Shown: positions 8,865 through 16,589 of the stretch, in pieces
Layout of the letters: each line of letters starts with the position of its first letter
Numbering within the stretch: the stretch's first letter is position 1
Assembly: GCA_048885865.1 (NCBI GenBank)
Contig: JBHLLF010000032.1
Coordinates: forward strand, 2,836-29,157
Direction: 5' to 3'
Length of the DNA stretch: 26,322 nucleotides
From: Candidatus Hermodarchaeota archaeon
GTDB taxonomy: Archaea; Asgardarchaeota; Thorarchaeia; Thorarchaeales; Thorarchaeaceae
The notes under the pieces: generated by a model
What the model was told of the DNA's origin: nothing
Database searches by the model: none
What the model saw: the letters and a program-made list of their open reading frames with translations, nothing else
Program-made: the position numbers and the translations under genes

Positions 8865-9377
8865 GTGACAGTAACTTATGTCGTTCGCGAATTCAAGAAG
8901 GAAGACATAGATGAAGTCATGAGAATAAACCAGACTTGCTTGCCTGAAAACTATCCTGGCTCTTTCTTCTTAGGTCTTCATACGCATGCCCCCAAGGCAT
9001 TTCTTGTTGCCCTTGAAGATGAGAAAATCATTGGCTATATTATGTGCAGAATTGAGAGAGGTATTTCAAGCTTCAAGAGGGCATTTCCTGTGAAGAAGGG
9101 GCACATTGTATCTGTTGCAGTGATGCATGACTACCGGCATAGAGGAATCGGGACAGATCTCATCAAGCTCGGAATGGATGGGATGGTCAGCTATGGCGCA
9201 ACAGAGTTCTTCCTAGAAGTTAGAAAGAGCAATGTGGCAGCTGTGACAGTATACGAGAAATTGGGCTTCGAAGTTGGACGTGTCTTGAAGGGCTACTACC
9301 GTGATGGTGAAGACGCATATCTAATGGTTCGACAAAGAGACGGCACGGATGAGGAAGCAGATTCCAATGACTACTGA
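8865..9377 (+). CDS. ard1: N-terminal protein acetyltransferase, Ard1/Naa10 (RimI-like)
   Basis: INQTCLPENY, IIGYIMCRIE, GHIVSVAV...RHRGIG, LEVRKSN..A..VYEKLGF, YYRDGEDAYLM. These are the signatures of archaeal Ard1 and eukaryotic Naa10. Confidence 0.9.
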   Translation: MTVTYVVREFKKEDIDEVMRINQTCLPENYPGSFFLGLHTHAPKAFLVALEDEKIIGYIMCRIERGISSFKRAFPVKKGHIVSVAVMHDYRHRGIGTDLIKLGMDGMVSYGATEFFLEVRKSNVAAVTVYEKLGFEVGRVLKGYYRDGEDAYLMVRQRDGTDEEADSNDY

Positions 9378-10281
9378 CGAGATTCATGTTCCTCTCGTTC
9401 CCGAATGTTCCGCTTGCATTGTTGGCTCTCTTGGTCTATTGATTCCTTTGTTGTCGGAAGACAAAGATGAACAATATAATCTGTACAACCACGCCTACCG
9501 CAGAATCGCAAAGGGCTACGAGAGAAGGGAACCTCCACTAGATCTAGCAGTCGATCTCTATAGAGAACTCTATGAACGATCAGGCAAAGAGGATCCATAT
9601 GTTGAGATTAAGAAGAGGAGCATCGAGGCTGCAAAGAAGGCCCTTCCAGCTGTTGAAAAGTCCATATCAGAGAAAGAGGGATATGAGAAACTCAGGGCTG
9701 CCTTGGCTGGAGCTATTGCAGGAAATGTAATCGATTTCAACACAGCTGGACATAGCCCTAGTCTTGAAACGCTCAGTAGAATCTACGAGGAGATACTTGA
9801 GGAAGGATTTGCAATCGACCATTCTGAACATCTATGGCACTCCCTGACCTCCAAGAAAGGGAAGGTACTCTTTCTAGGTGATAATGCAGGTGAAACTCTC
9901 TTTGATATACCACTGCTTCGAATAATCAACGATCTTGGATGGCATGTTACTTATGCAGTAAAAGGGAAGCCACTCGCCAATGATGCAGTTAGATCAGATG
10001 TGGATGGTACAGAAGTAGAGCGTCTATCGAAGATTATTGATACTGGCGCTTGGGCCTACGGTGTCCCCAAGAGTCTGGTAAGCAAGGAGTTTCTTGACGC
10101 GGTGCGGAATAGCGATGTAGTAATTTCAAAGGGACAGGCCAATATCGAGTCTTTCCCTGAAATTCAAAGGGAACTCGGAACAGAAACATACTATGTCATG
10201 AGGGGAAAGTGTGCTCACATCTCCAGAGCAATCTCTGCGAACAAAGGTGACAATGTGGTACTTAGACGCCCAGCGCCCTAG
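9367..10281 (+). CDS. DUF89/ARMT1-like damage-control metal-dependent phosphatase
   Basis: N-terminal ECxxC, DPY..IK, AIAGNVIDF, DNAGE...D, P.ANDA, ISKGQAN.ES, KC motifs. ATG 9367 overlaps the end of ard1. Confidence 0.88.
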   Translation: MTTDEIHVPLVPECSACIVGSLGLLIPLLSEDKDEQYNLYNHAYRRIAKGYERREPPLDLAVDLYRELYERSGKEDPYVEIKKRSIEAAKKALPAVEKSISEKEGYEKLRAALAGAIAGNVIDFNTAGHSPSLETLSRIYEEILEEGFAIDHSEHLWHSLTSKKGKVLFLGDNAGETLFDIPLLRIINDLGWHVTYAVKGKPLANDAVRSDVDGTEVERLSKIIDTGAWAYGVPKSLVSKEFLDAVRNSDVVISKGQANIESFPEIQRELGTETYYVMRGKCAHISRAISANKGDNVVLRRPAP

Positions 10282-10352
10282 AAATCATTGTCAATTAGAC
10301 AAGGTTTTTATGACAAACAAATCGCCTCAGGCTCTACCGACTGCCGCCGGAA

Positions 10353-10421
10353 GGTAATCTTTAAATGCGCAGCCCGAAGTCCATGTACAGTTTTATGATT
10401 CCAGTTCGACTTAGGTGGAGG
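10353..10421 (+). promoter_or_regulatory. Putative TATA box and Shine-Dalgarno for the thermosome gene
   Basis: CTTTAAAT near 10359-10366 and GGTGGAGG at 10414-10421 ahead of TTG 10430. Confidence 0.5.
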
Positions 10422-10429
10422 AACTAGAA

Positions 10430-12067
10430 TTGAGTCAACAAGTACCAGTAATAGTGCTGAAAGAAGGCACAGAAAGATCCCGTGGTCGTGATGCACAGAG
10501 AAACAACATCATGGCTGCAATTGTGATTGCTGAGGCTGTCAAGTCTGCATTAGGCCCCAAGGGTGCTGATAAAATGCTAGTTGATAGCTTTGGTGACGTG
10601 ACTGTATCAAATGATGGTGCAACCATCTTGAAGGAAATGGATGTCGCTCATCCTGCTGCGAAGATGGTGATTGAGGTTGCGAAGACAGTTGATGCAGAGG
10701 TTGGAGATGGCACCACAACGGCTGCTATCCTTACTGGCGATCTGTTGAAGACCGCTGAAGGACTTCTCGACCAGAAGATACATCCGACGACCATCATCAG
10801 TGGATATCGGAAAGCTGCGGATAGGGCACTTGAAATAATAGATGAAGTTGCAGAAGAAGTCGACCCTGAAAGCAGTCAATACAAGAAGATACTCCTCGAT
10901 GTCGCTAGGACTGCCATGTCCAGTAAGTTCGTTTCAACATACCGTGACCAGCTATCAAAGGTAGTTGTGGATGCAGTGCTTGCCATCAACAAGGATCGAG
11001 ACCCAGACGAGGAATTGAACATTGATGACATTCCTCGACAGAAGCAGGAGGGAATGCCGGTAGATGCTACCCAACTTGTGAAGGGTCTTGTCCTGGATAA
11101 GGAAGTAGTACATCCAGGAATGCCAAAGAAAGTTGAGAATGCCAAATTGCTACTTCTTGAGAGCCCCCTAGAAGTACAGAAGACTGAGTTTGATGCAAAG
11201 ATCTCAATCAGTGATCCCACATCGATGCAGAGTTTCCTGGATGAGGAAGAGCGAATGCTCAAGTCCATGGTGGACAAGATTGTCGAGTCCGGTGCAACTG
11301 TCGTTATTGCCCAGAAAGGAATTGACGACGTCGTCCAGCATTTCTTGGCTAAGGAAGGAATCCTAGCAGTGAGGAGAATCAAGAAGTCCGACATAGAGAG
11401 ATTGCATAAAACAACCGGTGCAACAATAGTGTCTAAGATTCAGAACCTCACCAAGGATGACCTTGGAACAGCCAAGCTTGTAGAGCAGAGGACTGTGGGT
11501 GAGGACAAGATGCTCTTTATAGAAGGAACCAAGAAGACATCTGTTGTAACTCTTCTCGTTAGAGGAGGAACAGACCACATTGTGGATGAAGTGGATCGTG
11601 CACTAAATGACGCGCTCTATGTTGTGCGTGATGTGGTAATCCATCCCTACGTTACCTATGGAGGTGGCTCTCTAGCTGGAGAGATTGCCAAGCAATTGCG
11701 AGACTATTCCGAGAAACTCGAGGGACGCGAGCAATATGCAGTAAATGCGTTTGCTGAAGCCATTGAATCATTGCCCAATACTCTCGCTGAAAACGCCGGG
11801 TTAGATCCCATTGATATGATTGTCAATCTCAGAAATGCCCATGCTAATGGCCAGGTGACGTTCGGCATTAATATTGACAAGGGCAAGGTGGATGACATGA
11901 AAAAGGCGAGAGTCATCGAGTCAGCGCTTGTCAACAAGCAGATTGTAATGTCAGCGGCCGAAGCTGCGCAAATGATACTCAAGATAGACGATGTGATCAG
12001 CTCAAAAGGAGCTGGCTTTGGTGCAGGCGGTGCCCCTGGCGGCGATTTCGACGCCGATGAAGATTAG
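10430..12067 (+). CDS. ths: Thermosome subunit (group II chaperonin)
   Basis: LGPKGADKMLVD, NDGATIL, EVGDGTTT, GLVLDKEVVHPGMPK, LVRGG, LAENAGLDP, ILKIDDVI. TTG 10430 has a well-spaced SD; GTG 10415 is the alternative. Confidence 0.97.
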   Translation: MSQQVPVIVLKEGTERSRGRDAQRNNIMAAIVIAEAVKSALGPKGADKMLVDSFGDVTVSNDGATILKEMDVAHPAAKMVIEVAKTVDAEVGDGTTTAAILTGDLLKTAEGLLDQKIHPTTIISGYRKAADRALEIIDEVAEEVDPESSQYKKILLDVARTAMSSKFVSTYRDQLSKVVVDAVLAINKDRDPDEELNIDDIPRQKQEGMPVDATQLVKGLVLDKEVVHPGMPKKVENAKLLLLESPLEVQKTEFDAKISISDPTSMQSFLDEEERMLKSMVDKIVESGATVVIAQKGIDDVVQHFLAKEGILAVRRIKKSDIERLHKTTGATIVSKIQNLTKDDLGTAKLVEQRTVGEDKMLFIEGTKKTSVVTLLVRGGTDHIVDEVDRALNDALYVVRDVVIHPYVTYGGGSLAGEIAKQLRDYSEKLEGREQYAVNAFAEAIESLPNTLAENAGLDPIDMIVNLRNAHANGQVTFGINIDKGKVDDMKKARVIESALVNKQIVMSAAEAAQMILKIDDVISSKGAGFGAGGAPGGDFDADED

Positions 12068-12101
12068 GAAAAGTCAATCACAAGAGAGAGCAGGTGTGCT
12101 T

Positions 12102-12779
12102 ATGTCAGACGACCCAGAGGAAGCGGAAACCGGAACTGAGGAGGAATCTCCTGAGGAATCTGATGCAGAGAAAGCCCAGATCCTCACGAACATTCAATCA
12201 GTGGGACCAAAGAACGCAGAGAAATTGGTCGCTGCTGGATATGATACCATTGACAAGATTGCTTCAGCAGATTCTGAGGAGCTTGCAGCAGCCGTTCCTG
12301 GGGTCAGTACAGCCAAAGCAGTTGATTTCATCACAGCTGCGGTCAAGCTGTTAGAGGCTGTCGAAGCTGGTGAAATCGACCTAACTCGTAAGGGCAAGAA
12401 GTCAAAGCGAAAGAAGGCTCCAGAACCAGATCCTGATATTCATGAGCTTCCTCCCGCTGAGGAGATTGCCCGTGCTGAGATTCGGTTAAGTCTTAAAACG
12501 GGACTTGAAACAGACAAGGCCGCCATGGGTATCCCTATTGGTCCGAAGTGGCTTACCAAATTTGAGAAGGCCAGGATAATCGGTGCACGCGCATTGCAAA
12601 TCTCAATGGGCGCACCAATAATGATCAGTATAAAGACAGCTCCAGGCGAGCTGTTCGCCTTGGCGGAAGCAGAACTCCGAGCACGTATCCTCCCGATGAC
12701 AGTCAGGAGAACACTGCCAACCGGAGAGCATTTTGACATTCCACTCACTCGTCTTTTGGAAAATACGAGGCTCGACTGA
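12102..12779 (+). CDS. rpo6: DNA-directed RNA polymerase subunit Rpo6 (RpoK) with N-terminal acidic tail and HhH domain
   Basis: C-terminal PIGPKWLTKFEKARIIGARALQISMGAP...AEAEL....LPMTVRRTLPTG is the Rpo6/Rpb6 core. N-terminal IQSVGPKNAEKLVAAGYDTIDKIA...LAAAVPGVSTAKA is a double HhH. ATG 12102 follows CAGGTG. Confidence 0.92.
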   Translation: MSDDPEEAETGTEEESPEESDAEKAQILTNIQSVGPKNAEKLVAAGYDTIDKIASADSEELAAAVPGVSTAKAVDFITAAVKLLEAVEAGEIDLTRKGKKSKRKKAPEPDPDIHELPPAEEIARAEIRLSLKTGLETDKAAMGIPIGPKWLTKFEKARIIGARALQISMGAPIMISIKTAPGELFALAEAELRARILPMTVRRTLPTGEHFDIPLTRLLENTRLD

Positions 12780-12810
12780 GGTCAGCCTCGTTTTCTCTTT
12801 TCTTCATTCT
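12765..12810 (+). terminator. Hairpin plus pyrimidine tract ending the ths-rpo6 unit
   Basis: ACGAGGCT(12765-72)/AGCCTCGT(12784-91) plus GAC/GTC stem with the rpo6 stop TGA in the loop, followed by TTTCTCTTTTCTT. Confidence 0.65.
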
Positions 12811-12887
12811 GTTGTGCGAAAATAAAATCCCTTAAATGGGGTTTGCATCAAACCATTGTTTCCGCATTAAGCGGAGTAGTGATTAGA

Positions 12888-14216
12888 ATGCAAGCGATAC
12901 TCATCAGCTCGGATCTTGTTGTAAGATGTTTAATTGGATTCTCCGTTGGAGCCCTCATTGGACTTGAGCGACAGAAACGAGACATTGAGGAATCGCCAGG
13001 TGGTTTGAGATCGTTTGGACTTCTGAGCCTCTTTGGGACTGTTTCTGCTTACACATATACAATAACAGACAATGCTCTCATCCTGATTTACGCAATCGCG
13101 GTCTCTACAATCTTGATTGGTGTCCAGGTCATCTACAAGATGTTTCGGACCATGCGAAAAGGGATGACAACATCAATTGTCTTGGCAATCGCATTTGTCC
13201 TGGGCACAATTGTTGGCCTTGATGAGATACCTGCTCCCGGACAGCTCATTGGACCACTACAAGTCTTCGCAATGACTGTGTCGTTTCTTGTATTTCTAGT
13301 ACTAGGCTTCAAACAAGAATTTAGAACAGCAGTGGAAGTCATCACCCGGGAGGAGATGATTAGCGCTGCAGAGCTTGGAGTGCTGATATTGTTTCTATGG
13401 CCACTGATGCCTCAGACGGTTCAGCTATGGACAATCACTGTTCCCACATTCCAGATCTATCAACTCGCGATTATTCTCTTGAGTATAAGCTTTGTCAACT
13501 ACCTGTTAGTCAAGAAGTTCAGAGGAAGGGGTCCCTACTTCTTTGGCTTCTTTGGAGGATTCGCCAATAGCGAAGCGACTGTTTCAAGCCTAACTGATTT
13601 CCATGTTCGTACTGAGCGGGCTTTTCCGGGTAGGACTGCTGTAGGAGCTATACTTGCCAATGTGGCAATGGTCCTAAGGAATGGAGTTATTCTAATCATA
13701 CTGGATCCAACTCTTCAGATTTTCAGATACTACACAATTCCCTTGGCAATCCTATTCCTTGTTGGAGTCTATCGAATGCTCAGAGTGAGCAAGAAGAATG
13801 AAGAAGTTGAGGATGACCTACTTGAAGGGGCATTGGCGTCTCCCTTTGAGTTTGGGGCGGCCATTCGATTTGCTCTTGTGTTTGCTGGAGTGTCAATCTT
13901 GTCGCTGTTCCTACAAGATGTCTATGCCGACTTTGGAGTTCTCGTGGCAGCATTTATTGGAGGATTTGCCTCAGCAGGAGCAATCGTTGCAATAGTTGGA
14001 ATTGGATTTGCTGGCACAACCATGTCAATCGCTACTGCAGTATATGCGGTGATAATTGCCACCACAACATCGGTGCTGAATAAGATGGTATATGTCTACA
14101 CTTCAGACCGTGAAACCGCCTTGCTCAAGATGGTGGCCAAGGATTCTTTAATCATGGCTGCAGGAGTAGTGGTCTTCATACTCTTGCTCTTCTTTGGGAT
14201 TATTCCGATAGCATAA
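12888..14216 (+). CDS. MgtC/SapB family membrane protein with DUF4010 domain
   Basis: GALIGLERQ....GGLRSFGL, GMTT, LWPLMP, FFGGFANSEAT, SPFEFGAAIRFA, many TM helices. ATG 12888 follows GGAG. Confidence 0.85.
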   Translation: MQAILISSDLVVRCLIGFSVGALIGLERQKRDIEESPGGLRSFGLLSLFGTVSAYTYTITDNALILIYAIAVSTILIGVQVIYKMFRTMRKGMTTSIVLAIAFVLGTIVGLDEIPAPGQLIGPLQVFAMTVSFLVFLVLGFKQEFRTAVEVITREEMISAAELGVLILFLWPLMPQTVQLWTITVPTFQIYQLAIILLSISFVNYLLVKKFRGRGPYFFGFFGGFANSEATVSSLTDFHVRTERAFPGRTAVGAILANVAMVLRNGVILIILDPTLQIFRYYTIPLAILFLVGVYRMLRVSKKNEEVEDDLLEGALASPFEFGAAIRFALVFAGVSILSLFLQDVYADFGVLVAAFIGGFASAGAIVAIVGIGFAGTTMSIATAVYAVIIATTTSVLNKMVYVYTSDRETALLKMVAKDSLIMAAGVVVFILLLFFGIIPIA

Positions 14217-14228
14217 GAAAGCGCAAGA

Positions 14229-14365
14229 CTTAAAGTCCAACTCCTCCGACTCGAGGTTGGTGACAACATTGAATGTTGGTGGCTTAGTTCATCCGCAATG
14301 ATGACTTAACTAGTGAACTCTATGCCGCCAGCTCAGAAGTTGCTGCTACGAGAATTTTGTGGAGG
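14229..14365 (+). promoter_or_regulatory. Putative hisS promoter and structured 5' leader
   Basis: TATA-like CTTAAAG at 14229-14235, palindrome at 14264-14278, long stem-loop at 14275-14332, SD GGAGG at 14361-14365. Confidence 0.45.
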
Positions 14366-14373
14366 ACTTTCAA

Positions 14374-15678
14374 TTGTCAGAGTTGAGGCGAGTACGAGGC
14401 ATGAGGGATCTCATGGGTCCTGAGATGAGAATACGGGAGTATTTGATTTCCGCTGCGATTGAAGTCTTCAAGTATTTCGGTTATGAACCGTTGGATTCTC
14501 CAGCGATGGAACTCTGGGAAACAATCTCTGCAAAAGGCGGCGAAGAAATAGAAGCGGAAACGTTCAAATTCAAGGATAAAGGAGACCGCGAGGTTGGCCT
14601 AATTTTCGACCTCACGATTCCATTGGCACGCATCTCGGCAACAAATCCGCATTTGCCAAAGCCCTTCAAGCGATATGCAATTGGCAAGGCGTGGAGATAT
14701 GATAGGCCACAGCCAGGACGATACCGTGAATTCAGTCAAGCAGATGTCGATATCGTGGGCGCTAGCAGCCCAGCTGCTGACGCCGAGGTGGTTCTTGTGG
14801 CTTTGGAGTTTCTGAAGCGTGTTCTCGGAAACAGCTATGTCATAAGGATCAACAATCGAAAGGTGCTCAAAGGCATGGTGGAGAAAGCTGGAGTTTCAGA
14901 TAGCCTGGCATTTGAATGCTTCAGAGCAATTGACAAGCTCGACAAGATTGGCAGAGCAGGAGTTCAAGAGGAGCTCAAGAACAGAGGAGTCGGGATTGAA
15001 GAGAGCGATTTCCTACTCGATGCGATTCAGGTTAGAGGTTCTGGCCTAGAAACACTTGAGAAATTCGCATCGCTCCTCAAAGGATCCAATACCGGGATTG
15101 CAGGAGTTGATGAACTCAAGCTCATGGCAGAGATTTTTGCTGAGAGCGGAGCAGAAGAATTCACAGAATTCGATATGTCTCTGGCTCGAGGACTTGATTA
15201 CTACACTGGTCCTGTATTCGAAGTTGCATATCTTGGTGAGCCAAAGGTTGGCTCAATTGGCGGAGGAGGTCGATATGACAATCTTATAGAGCAATTTGGC
15301 GGACAACCAACTCCTGCGACAGGCATCTCGATGGGAATTGATCGCCTAATTGACATCCTGATGGCACGTGGTTTTGGTGAGAAGCTAGATCAGGGAATCG
15401 ATGTCTATGTAGCTCCAATCAAGACACCTATGCTAAAGCATGGGATGAAAATCCTCGCAGACCTTGCAGGTGAGGGAATCTCAGGAGTATGCGACATCAT
15501 GGATAGACCTCTAAAGAAGCTGCTTGACCAAGCCGACTCCAAGAAAGCAAGATTCGTGGTTATTGTGGGCCAACGAGACCTCAAGAAGGGCGAAGTTAGC
15601 TTAAGAGATATGAGTACAAAGGATACTTCTCAAGTCAAGGTTGAGAATCTTATTCAGGTGATTAAGGATCGTCTTTAA
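14374..15678 (+). CDS. hisS: Histidine--tRNA ligase
   Basis: VRGMRD, FDLTIPLAR, motif 2 WRYDRPQPGRYREFSQADVD, LARGLDYYTG.VFE, GGGGRYDNL, motif 3 GISMGIDR, C-terminal anticodon-binding domain. TTG 14374 follows GGAGG; GTG 14359 is the alternative. Confidence 0.97.
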   Translation: MSELRRVRGMRDLMGPEMRIREYLISAAIEVFKYFGYEPLDSPAMELWETISAKGGEEIEAETFKFKDKGDREVGLIFDLTIPLARISATNPHLPKPFKRYAIGKAWRYDRPQPGRYREFSQADVDIVGASSPAADAEVVLVALEFLKRVLGNSYVIRINNRKVLKGMVEKAGVSDSLAFECFRAIDKLDKIGRAGVQEELKNRGVGIEESDFLLDAIQVRGSGLETLEKFASLLKGSNTGIAGVDELKLMAEIFAESGAEEFTEFDMSLARGLDYYTGPVFEVAYLGEPKVGSIGGGGRYDNLIEQFGGQPTPATGISMGIDRLIDILMARGFGEKLDQGIDVYVAPIKTPMLKHGMKILADLAGEGISGVCDIMDRPLKKLLDQADSKKARFVVIVGQRDLKKGEVSLRDMSTKDTSQVKVENLIQVIKDRL

Positions 15679-15749
15679 GCAACATGTGTGAGGTGGCATA
15701 CGAAGGTAATGCTTTTCTCACACCATGTTCAATGTATTCCGGGATTGAT

Positions 15750-16589
15750 ATGGTTCGTATGCCGGTTGTTGCAGGTAGATTCTATGAAGGAGAGGTGAAT
15801 CTTCTCACAGAGAGAATTCGGAATTCCTTTCTGACAGGGCTTGGACCCGGACGTCTTCCAGAAGGAGATCCAGGAACAACACGCGAGCTCAAGGCAGTTA
15901 TTTCGCCTCATGCAGGCTACATGTACTCAGGAATGCCCGCTGCACATACCTTTCTTCGACTTTGGGAAGATGGGAAACCTGACCATATTGTAATAATTGG
16001 CCCCAATCACTATGGTGTTGGGGCTCGAGCGGCAGTCTGCAACGACAATTGGGAAACCCCTTTGGGAGTCGTTAGATATGATACAGAACTGGGCTCAGCT
16101 ATTGTTGAAGAAAACGAGCATGCATCTAACGATTGTGTTGCCCATAGTAGCGAACACTCTATTGAAGTGCAGCTTCCTTTTCTCCAATTCATGTTTGAGG
16201 AGAGCTTTAGCTTCGTTCCCATTTGTATTAGGGAGCCTACCTTCGAATTATGTGAGTCAATTGGGAATACAATTGCAAAGCTAGCTAAGGATATGGACAT
16301 TCTTGTAATAGCTAGTTCAGATTTCACACATTTCGAGTCAGCGGAGAGTGCCAAGATGAAGGACAACCAGGCAATGGAGTACTTGGAGTTTTTAGATCCG
16401 AAAGGCTTCATGGACTTTGTTCGAGGTCATCGAGTCAGCATATGCGGTGCTGGCCCTATTGCCACTGCAATGGTATATGCAAGGGAGCGCGGTGCTACAA
16501 GATTTGGAGTATTGAAGTATACAAACTCTGGGGACATGACTGGTAACTACAACGATGTTGTCGCATATGTTTCGGCTGAGATTGTCTAA
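15750..16589 (+). CDS. MEMO1 family protein (AmmeMemoRadiSam protein B-like)
   Basis: R.PVVAGRFY, ISPHAGYMYSG, IGPNHYG, WETPLG, HSSEHSIEVQLPFLQ, IASSDFTH, SICGAGPI, YTNSGD, VVAY. Confidence 0.93.
   Translation: MVRMPVVAGRFYEGEVNLLTERIRNSFLTGLGPGRLPEGDPGTTRELKAVISPHAGYMYSGMPAAHTFLRLWEDGKPDHIVIIGPNHYGVGARAAVCNDNWETPLGVVRYDTELGSAIVEENEHASNDCVAHSSEHSIEVQLPFLQFMFEESFSFVPICIREPTFELCESIGNTIAKLAKDMDILVIASSDFTHFESAESAKMKDNQAMEYLEFLDPKGFMDFVRGHRVSICGAGPIATAMVYARERGATRFGVLKYTNSGDMTGNYNDVVAYVSAEIV

Noticed and set aside
12018-12101. Longer Rpo6 start overlapping the thermosome 3' end
   Set aside because: It overlaps ths by 50 nt. ATG 12102 has an SD-like CAGGTG and gives a more plausible N-terminus.
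10435-12748. Multiple antisense ORFs over ths and rpo6, and similar ones elsewhere (e.g. 1909-2436, 6420-6872, 17010-17465, 19036-19464, 23588-23995)
   Set aside because: They are shadows of well-supported genes on the opposite strand, with no recognisable motifs.
14298-14337. ATGATGA as a C/D-box sRNA, SECIS or T-box element
   Set aside because: There is no properly placed CTGA box D, the helix after ATGA is too short for a SECIS, and there is no T-box consensus. Kept only as an unassigned structured leader.
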